A DNA stretch of 64,000 bases from an uncultured Bifidobacteriaceae bacterium. Its GTDB lineage: Bacteria; Bacteroidota; Bacteroidia; UKL13-3. Both the position numbers and the translations under genes were made by a program. Under the pieces are notes generated by a model. The model was not told the DNA's origin. It did no database searches and was given only the letters and a program-made list of their open reading frames with translations. The stretch is taken from the NCBI GenBank assembly GCA_964535575.1, contig CAZHTC010000001.1, forward strand, positions 657,965-721,964. Direction: 5' to 3'. Positions 1 through 9,404 of this stretch are shown here, piece by piece; within the stretch, counting starts at the first letter, position 1, and each line of letters begins with the position of its first letter.

Positions 1-2163
1 ATCAGTTTTGCAAACGATTTGATTAAAAACTGCATTTCCGGAAGTTGGATAGATTTTGATTTTAAAACCAACCCAAAACCTGCCGGAGGAGTATGGCTGT
101 TTAATGACACGCTTCTTAACCGCTGCATAAACACCAACACTTCTTCTGAAAATTACGGAAGGGCTTTCGACTCTTGTATAGGAGCCGTGGAAAATGAAAA
201 AATAACCTATTACTACAAGGATAAATTTGGATGTAAAAACCACAAGTCGGCTAAGCTAACCCTGCTGCCCGGCCCCGTAGTTTTTGCGGGCCCCGACAGT
301 TCTTTTTGCAACAACAGTAATCCTGTTTCCATCAGTCCTTTTCCCAATACGGGTGTTGGTACTTCATGGAGCCTCCTTCCGTCCGATTCTATTCTTTGCG
401 ATAACTGCTTAGAGTCGGTGGTAAGAAAGCATACATTTTATCCTGCCAAAGCCAAACCCGGATTCATTCATATGATATATCGGGCGGTGGCTCAAAACGG
501 ATGCAGCAATACAGATACTTTACTTTATTGGGTTAAACCAATTCCTGAAGTAAATGCGGGATATATGCAACCCATGTGCGAAAACCTGCCTCCGGTGCAA
601 CTAAACACGCTTACAGGAATCACGCCTACCTCGGGCACATGGAGCGGACCGGGCATTGACCAAACAAATCAAACCTTTTCGCCCAAAGGAAGTAATGTAG
701 TAAAGTATCCGGCCTTCAACATACTTCGATATTCATTTACTAATTCAGTCGGTTGCTTAGCTTCCGATACACTTAAGGCAATTGTGTATGCATTGCCTGA
801 AGTAAAAATAAACAACTTACCTGAAAAAATTTGCGAAACCAGTCCACCCGTTTCTATTAATGCAACACCAAAAGGTGCTGGCGGATTTTACTTTCTGAAT
901 CAAAATAAATTAACCTCGGGTACTTTTTCTCCTTCCAGAAACAATCCGATTGTGAAAGAAGGGAAAAATGAAATTGTATATACCTACAAAGAAGCGACAA
1001 CCGGATGCAGTAATGCTGACACTGCTGATTTAACCATACAATTCGTTCCTGAAATAACCGTAATACATGCCAATGCCCTTTGCGAGGGAACTCCGTTTGC
1101 AATGAGTGCTTCTATGAAACGGGCTTCTAAATTGAAGTGGACCACAAACGGTGACGGACTATTCGGCACACAAAATTTTTCTGTGGATTCTCAGGTAATT
1201 TACCATGCAGGTACAACTGAAATTTCTAACCTGCAGGTAAGCATTCAGGTAATAACAACCGATAGCGGAGTATGCCCTGCTGCACGAAAAAATATTAATT
1301 TATCCATTAACCCGAAACCCACAGGAGATTTTACATCCGAAAGAAAGGGGTGCGAACCGTTTCAGGTTTTATTTAAAGGAAACTTCAGCAATGCCTCTTC
1401 CTTTATATGGAACTTTGGAGATTCGGGCGTCTCAAAACCCGATGATCCTACTTACCATACCGGATATGGTAAAAACAATCCGCACAACTATCCTAAAGAC
1501 GGGGTTTATTCAGTAAAAGTACTCTTACGATCGGATGAAGGATGCGAAAACCTTATTTCCAAACCACAATGGATTGAAGTATTTAATACACCGGTGGCCA
1601 ATTTTAACACCGATAAAGAATGGACTACCGTGGCGTTACCAAGGTTTAGCTTTTCAGATAAAAGTTCAGGTTTTACCGCTGCCGATAAGCTAAAATACTT
1701 TTGGAACTTTGGAGACCCGCAAACTACCGGTGACACTTCGGGTGCACAAAACCCCACCTACACTTATTCGCCCGACACCGGAACGTTCCGTGTAGTGCTT
1801 GCCATCAAAACCATTCATGGTTGTGAATCGGAAAGTGAGAAAACCGTAAATATACGACCCGATATTACCGTATCGGCTCCAACCGCCTTCAGACCGGGAA
1901 GCAACGAAAAAGGCAAACCGCTTTGTGCCGAATGTCAGAATGATAAATTTTATATTGTAGTTGACGGACAACGCACATTTCAGTTAACTATTTTTAACCG
2001 CTGGGGAGAAAAGGTATTCAGCACCAATAATCCCAATGAAGGCTGGGATGGAAAATTTAATAACCGCGAATGCCAGCAGGATGTGTACGCATGGGAACTA
2101 ACGCTTACCAGCTTTAATGGGTCGCCTTATAAGTATTCGGGAACGGTTACGCTGGTTAGATAA
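1..2163 (+). CDS. Cell-surface repeat protein (PKD/Ig-like modules) with T9SS type-B (gliding-motility CHU_C-type) C-terminal sorting domain; 5' end cut by window edge
   Basis: The frame is open from nt 1 (ISFAND precedes the listed TTG at 19). Cys-containing ~80-aa modules repeat, and there are two PKD-like WNFGD segments. The C-terminus (FYIVVDG..FQLTIFNRWGEKVF..GWDGKFN..DVYAWEL..GTVTLVR) is typical of type-B sorting domains. Confidence 0.75.
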   Translation: MSFANDLIKNCISGSWIDFDFKTNPKPAGGVWLFNDTLLNRCINTNTSSENYGRAFDSCIGAVENEKITYYYKDKFGCKNHKSAKLTLLPGPVVFAGPDSSFCNNSNPVSISPFPNTGVGTSWSLLPSDSILCDNCLESVVRKHTFYPAKAKPGFIHMIYRAVAQNGCSNTDTLLYWVKPIPEVNAGYMQPMCENLPPVQLNTLTGITPTSGTWSGPGIDQTNQTFSPKGSNVVKYPAFNILRYSFTNSVGCLASDTLKAIVYALPEVKINNLPEKICETSPPVSINATPKGAGGFYFLNQNKLTSGTFSPSRNNPIVKEGKNEIVYTYKEATTGCSNADTADLTIQFVPEITVIHANALCEGTPFAMSASMKRASKLKWTTNGDGLFGTQNFSVDSQVIYHAGTTEISNLQVSIQVITTDSGVCPAARKNINLSINPKPTGDFTSERKGCEPFQVLFKGNFSNASSFIWNFGDSGVSKPDDPTYHTGYGKNNPHNYPKDGVYSVKVLLRSDEGCENLISKPQWIEVFNTPVANFNTDKEWTTVALPRFSFSDKSSGFTAADKLKYFWNFGDPQTTGDTSGAQNPTYTYSPDTGTFRVVLAIKTIHGCESESEKTVNIRPDITVSAPTAFRPGSNEKGKPLCAECQNDKFYIVVDGQRTFQLTIFNRWGEKVFSTNNPNEGWDGKFNNRECQQDVYAWELTLTSFNGSPYKYSGTVTLVR

Positions 2164-2230
2164 ATAATTAATGCTGACCAGGTGCAATATCGAACACTAC
2201 CGTGGTAATAGTGGTGCTGTCTGCATTCTG

Positions 2231-3037
2231 CTATTTTAAATTTTTACCTTTAAGATAATTGATTATCTCTAAACGTAAGCTATCATTTTTTGTCCCATTT
2301 TCATAGTGTTGTTCCTTCAATAAGTCGGTAATGCTTACGCATTCATAACCATTGTTGGCCGGACGTTTGAGAATACAGGATGGTACAACAGCATGCATAT
2401 CTATAATTAAATACTTAGTAACTTCTAAATTGTCTACTAATAATGAGTTTGTGATTGGACCTTCAGAAGAATCACCATTGGGGTAATAATTAATATTAGC
2501 TCCATGATTTATCATATATTTTATGAAGCTTAAGCACTTGCTGGAATATATTGCAGTATTTAATAAATACTTTACGTTCTTTCTTTTCCCATTTAAACTA
2601 TCTTCATAATACACTAAAGGTTGATTGAGGTCTCCTTTAAAAAAAATCAATTTAGAAAGTATAGTTGTATAACAACTTTGGGTATAAAATTCATTGCATG
2701 CTATTGACATTGCATTATCACTCCCATCGTTGGAAAGCAAATTTGGGTTAGCACCTTTTTCCAGAAGGATTTCTGTAGATTTTACCTTGTTGTTTGCAAC
2801 AGCAAGCATCAATAATGTATGACCGAATGTTGGTTCTCTATAATCTATGTTTATAGATTTATCTTTTAATATTTCTGCTATTTTTCCAACATCTTCCTTT
2901 TCAACCGCTACAGCCAAATCCCTTACTGGAGTCTCGCTAAACAAGCTAAAGTCAAAACCTGGTAAATAGGAGTTAGTAGTACAACAGTATAATAGTGTTA
3001 TAATACAACAGAAAATTATAATAGCCTTATTGCCCAT
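2231..3037 (-). CDS. Ankyrin-repeat protein, probably lipoprotein/secreted
   Basis: Hydrophobic Cys-rich N-terminus (IIFCCIITLLYCC). Ankyrin consensus stretches (GHTLLMLAVANNKVKSTEILLEKGANPNL; MINHGANINY). Confidence 0.7.
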   Translation of the reverse strand: MGNKAIIIFCCIITLLYCCTTNSYLPGFDFSLFSETPVRDLAVAVEKEDVGKIAEILKDKSINIDYREPTFGHTLLMLAVANNKVKSTEILLEKGANPNLLSNDGSDNAMSIACNEFYTQSCYTTILSKLIFFKGDLNQPLVYYEDSLNGKRKNVKYLLNTAIYSSKCLSFIKYMINHGANINYYPNGDSSEGPITNSLLVDNLEVTKYLIIDMHAVVPSCILKRPANNGYECVSITDLLKEQHYENGTKNDSLRLEIINYLKGKNLK

Positions 3038-3079
3038 TTTAATTATATTCTTTTACATGCTCCGCCTTCGCTCGCGTGA

Positions 3080-3496
3080 TTAATGAGAAGGCGTGATTGC
3101 CGGTTTTATTACATTGCCCGTTATCACAATTACTTTTACGTTCGCATTTTTTGCATTCGATTTTACTCCAATCCTTTTCATAAACATCCCCGGTCTGAAT
3201 TGTGAATCATAGGCAACCTTTACACTTCCAGTTCCACCTGGTTGAATAGCCTCTTTGGGCCAAACTGCATTGGTACACCCGCAGGTAGTAATCACTTCAG
3301 TGAGTACCAAAGGCTGGGTTCCTGCATTCTTAAACTGAAAAATCGCTTCAGCTTTTTCTCCCTCCCAAATTTCTCCGAAATCAAATGTGTCGGTTTCAAA
3401 AACAATAACGGCACCCCGCATTTTTTTATGTTTTGCTGTTTGGGCAAAGGCCGTTGAAACACTCAGGAGCAAAAACAGAGCGAAGAATTTTTTCAT
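3080..3496 (-). CDS. DUF1573-type secreted protein (paralog 1 of 3)
   Basis: The listed ORF runs to 3607, but the ATG at 3496 gives a canonical signal peptide (MKKFFALFLLLSVSTAFAQ). It shares the motif FDFGEI..GEK....F.F.N.G..PL......TCGCT...WP.E.I.PG with the two neighbouring genes. Confidence 0.75.
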   Translation of the reverse strand: MKKFFALFLLLSVSTAFAQTAKHKKMRGAVIVFETDTFDFGEIWEGEKAEAIFQFKNAGTQPLVLTEVITTCGCTNAVWPKEAIQPGGTGSVKVAYDSQFRPGMFMKRIGVKSNAKNANVKVIVITGNVIKPAITPSH

Positions 3497-3503
3497 ACAG
3501 AAA

Positions 3504-3938
3504 CTAATGTTGCGGTATTTCCATTTTTTGCTCGGGCTGCGGAGGCATTTCAACCGTTCCTTTAATGATAAGGATGATGGGAGGTCCGGGAACATTGGTG
3601 TAAACAAACACTGCCTTGGTAAAATCGCCTATTCGCCCTTTGGTATCATATTCAACCCGTATCTTTCCGGTAGCTCCGGGTTTTATAGGCTCAGTTGGCC
3701 ATTGAGGCGTGGTACACCCGCAAGACTTATCTACCTTTACAATAAGGAGCGGAGCATTGCCTGTGTTTTTAAACGTAAAAAAATGTACGGCCGGTTCGCT
3801 CTCTTTAAGACTACCGTAGTCAAATGTGTCCGACTCAAATTTAATCTGAGGTTTCAGATCAACGGGCTTGACTGGTTTTTGCGCAAAAACACAAAAACCA
3901 ATTACCATGGCGAAAACAAAACTTAATGCCTTTTTCAT
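3504..3938 (-). CDS. DUF1573-type secreted protein (paralog 2 of 3)
   Basis: Signal peptide MKKALSFVFAMVIGFCVFAQ. Motifs FDYGSLKE...FTFKNTGNAPL...SCGCTTPQWPTEPIKPGATG. Confidence 0.8.
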   Translation of the reverse strand: MKKALSFVFAMVIGFCVFAQKPVKPVDLKPQIKFESDTFDYGSLKESEPAVHFFTFKNTGNAPLLIVKVDKSCGCTTPQWPTEPIKPGATGKIRVEYDTKGRIGDFTKAVFVYTNVPGPPIILIIKGTVEMPPQPEQKMEIPQH

Positions 3939-3972
3939 AACTTATCTGTTGATACCAATGTATTCTCAAATG

Positions 3973-4008
3973 AAAAAGGCCTTCTGCTTGGAGAAGGCCT
4001 TTAAAAAA
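3973..4008 (-). terminator. Rho-independent terminator downstream of 4030..4473
   Basis: Perfect 11-bp stem aaaggccttct (3975-3985) / agaaggccttt (3992-4002) with a 6-nt loop. On the minus strand it is followed by TTTTTCATTT. Confidence 0.6.
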
Positions 4009-4029
4009 TTTTGTTAATGCACCAGGAGA

Positions 4030-4473
4030 TTAATGTTGCGGAACAACAACCGGTGAGGCTGGCTGTTGATTAACCGGCTCCACATTTCCGGTAATGGTTA
4101 ACATAACCATTGAAGTTTTTGCGTTGGAATTAACAGTAACTGTTTTGGTAAACGCACCCGGACGTCCCTGTGTGTTATATACCACTTTAATTACAGCTGT
4201 GGCTCCCGGTTTAATTGGTTCTTTAGGCCACTCAGGAGTAGTACATCCGCATGAAGCAGAAACGTTGGTTAAAATCAAAGGCTCTTTTCCGGTATTTTTA
4301 AATTTAAAAAGATGGGTAGCAAGTTCCCCTTCTTTTACATTGCCAAAGTCGTATTTCTCTTCTTCAAACTTAATGTCAGCCTGATTTTTGTTTTCAACCT
4401 GCGGCTGTGTTTGCGCATTTGCAGCAAAGGTGGCTGCCAAAGCGAAAAATGTGTAAAGGATTAATTTTTTCAT
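4030..4473 (-). CDS. DUF1573-type secreted protein (paralog 3 of 3)
   Basis: Signal peptide MKKLILYTFFALAATFAANAQ. Motifs YDFGNVKEGE..HLFKFKNTGKEPL..SASCGCTTPEWPKEPIKPGATA. Confidence 0.8.
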   Translation of the reverse strand: MKKLILYTFFALAATFAANAQTQPQVENKNQADIKFEEEKYDFGNVKEGELATHLFKFKNTGKEPLILTNVSASCGCTTPEWPKEPIKPGATAVIKVVYNTQGRPGAFTKTVTVNSNAKTSMVMLTITGNVEPVNQQPASPVVVPQH

Positions 4474-4614
4474 CTTTATTCGTATTCTATTTTTGGGTGG
4501 TAAATTTACAATAACTATTCCAAATATGGAAGAATGTCAAATTTAACGCGGGATTGAGGGAAAAAACAAGCAACCGTAAATTTCATTTTTTCGCATCGCC
4601 TTTGCAGCTTATTT

Positions 4615-7047
4615 TTGAACTTTAAAATCAGCAACCGAATGAGCGCAACCGAATCACAATCTTTAACCCTGGAGCAATTCAAACAAGTGGTAATGAACGA
4701 TTACAAGGTTTGTTTTGAAAGCAGACAGGCCAGTTTATTAGGCCGAAAAGAGGTTTTAACAGGCAAGGCGAAATTCGGGATTTTTGGCGATGGAAAGGAA
4801 TTGCCGCAGATAGCCATGGCCAAAGCCTTTCGGGAGGGAGACTTCCGATCGGGCTATTACCGAGACCAAACATTTATGATGGCCAGCGGATTACATACCG
4901 TTCAGGAGTTTTTTGCGCAGCTTTACGCCAATACCAGTGTGGAGGCAGAACCCGCCTCGGCCGGAAGGATGATGAACGGACACTTTGCAACCCGAACCCT
5001 CAATGAAGACGGTACCTGGAAAGAGCTGAAAAAATTAAAAAACTCTTCGGCTGATATTTCGCCAACAGCAGGGCAAATGCTTCGGTTGGTTGGTTTGGCC
5101 CATGCTTCCAAATATTACCGCGATAACCGGGAACTGATTGGAGAAAATCAGTTTTCGGAAAACGGAAATGAAATTGCCTGGGGAACCATTGGCAACGCCT
5201 CTACCTCAGAAGGGCATTTTTTTGAAGCCATTAATGCGGCAGGAGTGCTCAAAGTTCCCATGATTATTTCGGTGTGGGATGATGAATACGGAATTTCGGT
5301 TCATGCCAGATACCAAACTACCAAACAAAACATTTCAGAAATTTTAAAAGGATTTGAGCTAAACGACAAGGGAGAAGGATTCAATATTTACCGGGTAAAC
5401 GGATGGGATTACCCCGAGCTGGTGCGTGTGTACGAAGCCGCGGCAAAAGAGGCACGCGAGAAACATATTCCGGCCATTGTGCATGTAAAAGAATTAACCC
5501 AACCCCAGGGTCATTCAACTTCGGGTTCGCATGAACGTTACAAAAGTAAAGAACGTTTACAATGGGAACTGGAAAACGATTGCATACTTAAATTCAGGCA
5601 ATGGATTATAGGCAGCGGACTGAGCACCGAACAGGAACTGAACCGGCTGGAAGAGGATGCCAAAATTTTTGTGAATGTGGCTAAAAAATCGGCATGGGAA
5701 AATTACCTCGCCCCTATAAAAAATGATATTGCCGAAGCCTGTGTGATGATAGAGCAATTGGCTTCGGTGAGTACAAACGGAGAAGACATACGTAAGCTTG
5801 CTGCCGACCTCAGAAAAATTACCGAGCCTGTACGTAAAGATATGATGGTGGCTATTGATAAGGCCCTTCGCATTTCGTATGGCGAAAACCACACTTACCG
5901 AAACGAACTGATAGAGTTCCGCCAACAGCAAATTGAAACGAACAAAGAGCGTTACAGTTCTTATTTGTACAGCAACTCTACTGCATCGGCCATTAAAGTA
6001 GCCGAAGTGAACCCCCTGTATTCGGAGGATAGTAAAACCGTTGACGGGCGTGAAATAATGCAGGCGTTTTTTGATAGAGTATTCGAAAAAGACCCGCGTG
6101 TGTTCGCGTTTGGCGAAGACGTAGGAAAAATAGGGGACGTGAATCAGGGTTTTGCCGGCTTACAGGAGAAATACGGAGAAACACGTGTATTCGACACCGG
6201 AATTCGCGAACTCACCATTATCGGACAGGGATTAGGTGCTGCCATGCGCGGCCTTCGCCCCATTGCCGAAATTCAATACTTGGATTATTTGCTTTATGCA
6301 TTGCAACCTTTAAGCGATGACGTAGCCACCCTGCAATACCGAACCAAAGGCGGGCAAAAAGCACCACTTATTGTGCGTACCAGAGGCCATCGGTTAGAGG
6401 GAATATGGCATTCGGGCTCCCCAATGGGAATGATTTTGAATTCCCTTCGCGGTATGTACGTGCTCACTCCGCGTAATATGACTCAGGCGGCAGGTTTTTA
6501 CAATACCATGCTCAAAAGCGATGAACCGGCCTTAATTATTGAATGCCTTAACGGGTATCGTCTCAAAGAAAAAATGCCTGACAATTTAGGAGAGTACACC
6601 GTTATCCCCGGCAAACCGGAAGTGCTACGAAACGGAACGGATGTTACCATTATTACCTATGGCTCCACCTGCCGCATTGCCGAAGAAGCTGCCCAGCATC
6701 TGGCAGAAATGAATGTGCATTGCGAATTGATTGATGTACAAAGTTTGCTTCCGTTTGATACCGGCCATTCTATTGTGGAATCATTAAAGAAAACCAATAA
6801 GGTAATTTTTCTTGACGAGGATGTGCAGGGAGGAGCAAGTGCATTTATGATGCAGCAGGTTCTCGAAATTCAAAACGGATACAAGTGGCTTGATTGTGCC
6901 CCGCGCACACTCACCGCAAAAGACCATCGCCCGGCTTATGCAACTGACGGAGATTACTTCTCCAAATCAAATGCCGAGCAACTGGTAGAACTGGTGATGG
7001 AAATGATGCACGAACAAAACCCGTTGCAGTTTCCGCGGTTTATATAA
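4615..7047 (+). CDS. Fused alpha/beta 2-oxoacid dehydrogenase E1 component (TPP-dependent)
   Basis: The N-terminal half is E1-alpha-like. The C-terminal half is E1-beta/transketolase-like (RVFDTGIRELTIIGQGLGAAMRGLRPIAEIQYLDY; ITYGST). The listed start is TTG at 4615; the first ATG is at 4639. Confidence 0.8.
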   Translation: MNFKISNRMSATESQSLTLEQFKQVVMNDYKVCFESRQASLLGRKEVLTGKAKFGIFGDGKELPQIAMAKAFREGDFRSGYYRDQTFMMASGLHTVQEFFAQLYANTSVEAEPASAGRMMNGHFATRTLNEDGTWKELKKLKNSSADISPTAGQMLRLVGLAHASKYYRDNRELIGENQFSENGNEIAWGTIGNASTSEGHFFEAINAAGVLKVPMIISVWDDEYGISVHARYQTTKQNISEILKGFELNDKGEGFNIYRVNGWDYPELVRVYEAAAKEAREKHIPAIVHVKELTQPQGHSTSGSHERYKSKERLQWELENDCILKFRQWIIGSGLSTEQELNRLEEDAKIFVNVAKKSAWENYLAPIKNDIAEACVMIEQLASVSTNGEDIRKLAADLRKITEPVRKDMMVAIDKALRISYGENHTYRNELIEFRQQQIETNKERYSSYLYSNSTASAIKVAEVNPLYSEDSKTVDGREIMQAFFDRVFEKDPRVFAFGEDVGKIGDVNQGFAGLQEKYGETRVFDTGIRELTIIGQGLGAAMRGLRPIAEIQYLDYLLYALQPLSDDVATLQYRTKGGQKAPLIVRTRGHRLEGIWHSGSPMGMILNSLRGMYVLTPRNMTQAAGFYNTMLKSDEPALIIECLNGYRLKEKMPDNLGEYTVIPGKPEVLRNGTDVTIITYGSTCRIAEEAAQHLAEMNVHCELIDVQSLLPFDTGHSIVESLKKTNKVIFLDEDVQGGASAFMMQQVLEIQNGYKWLDCAPRTLTAKDHRPAYATDGDYFSKSNAEQLVELVMEMMHEQNPLQFPRFI

Positions 7048-7072
7048 AAAGAAAAGGGAGCAATGCTCCCTC
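7048..7072 (-). terminator. Hairpin terminator between convergent genes (better U-tract on minus strand)
   Basis: gggagc (7056-7061) aat gctccc (7065-7070). The minus-strand reading is followed by TTTTCTTTTT. Confidence 0.45.
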
Positions 7073-7100
7073 CCCATTACTTTGCTTATACTCTATGGCA

Positions 7101-8114
7101 TTAGAAAGGAAGTTTAACTCCGATAGTGGGTATGCCATGTTGTTTGCTGTAATGAATAAACCCAAAGGAATATTGGAAACCTTTGTACTCAAGCAAAAAT
7201 CCGAAATGGCCCGGATTCCCCTTAAATACACCATCCGATTTAGCCGTTTTGGTTATAAACCCACCCTCAAGTCCATAGGAAAAAGACTCTTTTGACCGTG
7301 GACTTGCATTAACCAGAAAAAATAAGTCGTAGCCGGTATTTGAATACACTTTATTAAACTTTCCCCCGCTGAAATCAGTGAAAAAATATCCGCTCATTTT
7401 TATTCCTGTCTTAAAAATATCCTGATTGTATTTGTTGCGGTAATGGTATTGTAATGACGCCCCAACAATTGGGGTTGGAATATTGCCAACCATCATTACC
7501 CCGGCATTAGGGACCAGTTCAATTGTTTCATAATGGGTTCGGAACTTACTTACTTCTTTAAAACCGTCTAATTGCTGTACCATATCGTAACGGTAGTTTC
7601 TTTTTACTTCCTTTTTATTTGCCAATGCAAAATTGATAGCCGCCAGTAAATTCAGGTCAGCTATTTCTTTCAAACCCATGGTGTCGTTTACATAAAACTG
7701 CATCACCATTCCATTACTTAAATCAAACAGATTCAATTCGTGTCTTGGCAGGTTTTCATTCATGGCATATGCCTCTTTGCTCAGTTCAAACGTTTCGTCT
7801 GCATATTCTTCCTGTTTCATTTTCAACCTGCGGTTTCCGTTGGGATGAACAAGGTAAAACACCTTAACCGGGAGTTGTTTGTTTTCTGATTTATTCAATG
7901 CCGCATTCAAATCGTTCATGAAAATATTTTTTAACGAATCTGCCCGAGTATAGGCTATTATTTTAAGCATCGATTCACCGATAATTCGCACCTGTGTCTG
8001 ACCGGTAAGTTTTACAACCAGTGTGTCGTTAAAGGTTAAGTGATCGTCATTCTGAGCTACGGAGCTAAACGGAAGGGCAATACAAACCCAGCACATCCAA
8101 AGTATATGTTTCAT
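7101..8114 (-). CDS. Hypothetical secreted protein, outer-membrane-like C-terminal half
   Basis: Signal peptide (CWVCIALPFSSVAQ). The C-terminal half is Gly/aromatic-rich with alternating pattern and the protein ends in ...GVKLPF (terminal Phe). No family recognised. Confidence 0.5.
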   Translation of the reverse strand: MKHILWMCWVCIALPFSSVAQNDDHLTFNDTLVVKLTGQTQVRIIGESMLKIIAYTRADSLKNIFMNDLNAALNKSENKQLPVKVFYLVHPNGNRRLKMKQEEYADETFELSKEAYAMNENLPRHELNLFDLSNGMVMQFYVNDTMGLKEIADLNLLAAINFALANKKEVKRNYRYDMVQQLDGFKEVSKFRTHYETIELVPNAGVMMVGNIPTPIVGASLQYHYRNKYNQDIFKTGIKMSGYFFTDFSGGKFNKVYSNTGYDLFFLVNASPRSKESFSYGLEGGFITKTAKSDGVFKGNPGHFGFLLEYKGFQYSFGFIHYSKQHGIPTIGVKLPF

Positions 8115-8134
8115 AATAATAAAAATTTAGTTCT

Positions 8135-8794
8135 TTAAAAATTTGTGTGCAGCTTCAGCGGAGAGTCGAAACTGCTTTTATTTTTTGCGCTTCTTGCAAG
8201 TGCACCAATGGTAAACCGGAATTTGGGTTTGGTTGAATTGGTTACCGCTACCCATTCCTGTGGTTTTATAGTGTCGGTAAAATCAACCACCTGTATAGCC
8301 GGTTTTGTTTTTCGCACTTCTGCCACAAGCGGCTTTTCCTGCCTTGCCGCAGCCGGAGCAACCGAATCTACAGATACCGCAACTATGGGAATGATTTGAT
8401 CGACCACCGGTACTATTGATTGTTTTTTATTTCCTCCTTTAAGTTTTGACCGATGTTTTTCTTTCTTTTCAATAACCACTTTGGTTTGTTGTTTTTCGGT
8501 ATTTACGGCCACCGGTTTGTTTTTATTTTCCTCAACCTGCTGCACCATATTTCGGGGTTGCTCAGGTTTTAGGGTAAGCCAAAAAGCACCGGCCAACAAC
8601 AGTATGGCAGCTGCACTGCTCCAATACCATAAAGGTTTTTTACTTTTCTTCCCTTCCAGAGAAGCTTCAATCAGTTCCCACTTACCGGCCAGTGAAATTT
8701 GGTAACCTTCGGGCAGGCTGTCCAATGAATTTATTTTCCCCTGTATAATTTTATTCTCCAAGTTTTCCATAACTCCTCCATCCATGTTGTTCAA
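8135..8794 (-). CDS. Probable anti-sigma factor (single-pass membrane protein)
   Basis: It overlaps the 3' end of the ECF sigma gene. It has one TM segment (LWYWSSAAAILLLAGAFWL) followed by a Lys/Gln/Val-rich linker. The call rests on position and topology only. Confidence 0.5.
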   Translation of the reverse strand: MNNMDGGVMENLENKIIQGKINSLDSLPEGYQISLAGKWELIEASLEGKKSKKPLWYWSSAAAILLLAGAFWLTLKPEQPRNMVQQVEENKNKPVAVNTEKQQTKVVIEKKEKHRSKLKGGNKKQSIVPVVDQIIPIVAVSVDSVAPAAARQEKPLVAEVRKTKPAIQVVDFTDTIKPQEWVAVTNSTKPKFRFTIGALARSAKNKSSFDSPLKLHTNF

Positions 8795-9320
8795 CCATTT
8801 TTTTCAGTCGTGCTCTTGCTTTTTGGTACTGGGTTTTGCTGGTACTTTCAGTTATGCCAAGCATTTCAGCAATCTCCTTATGTGCGTATCCTTCCACCAC
8901 AAAAAGATTCAGAACGGTGCGGTAACCTGTAGGCAATTGGGTAATAAGCTCAACCAGTTCTTCGGCATGCATCTGTTGCAGCACATCGCTCTGATCAGGA
9001 ATTTCTGCAACGGTTTCCTCCGTCATCAGGTAAAAACTGTTTTTCTTGCGCAATTCCATCAATGCTTCATTCACTACCATTTTTCTCACCCACATAAATA
9101 AACTGTGCTCTCCGTTAAATTCAAATTCAGGTAGGCGTTGATACATCCGCATCAGTGCGCGCATGGTGCAATCCTCGGCTTCGGTATGTTGCGGAATATA
9201 GCGCTGACTTACCCTGAACATGGAAGCATACAGCGTTTCAAAAAGTTCCCGCTGTGCTTTACGGTCGCCTTTCTTACATAATTTCACAAATGCTGCTGTA
9301 AAATGTTTCATGTGCTTCAA
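8751..9320 (-). CDS. ECF-type RNA polymerase sigma-70 family factor
   Basis: Region 2 (RELFETLYASMFRVSQRYI) and region 4 HTH (FVVEGYAHKEIAEMLGITESTSKTQYQKARARLKK). Confidence 0.85.
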   Translation of the reverse strand: MKHMKHFTAAFVKLCKKGDRKAQRELFETLYASMFRVSQRYIPQHTEAEDCTMRALMRMYQRLPEFEFNGEHSLFMWVRKMVVNEALMELRKKNSFYLMTEETVAEIPDQSDVLQQMHAEELVELITQLPTGYRTVLNLFVVEGYAHKEIAEMLGITESTSKTQYQKARARLKKMVEQHGWRSYGKLGE

Positions 9321-9404
9321 CTGCTAAAATGCAACTGAGGTATTAAAAGTTGCCCAAGGTAAAAAGAAAATTGAAAAATAGTTCTAATTCACTGAAAAGC
9401 AGGA

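Noticed and set aside
3497-3607. An upstream extension of the first DUF1573 ORF, overlapping the 3' end of the second paralog
   Set aside because: The extension encodes no signal peptide and overlaps the neighbouring gene. The ATG at 3496 gives a standard signal peptide matching the paralogs.
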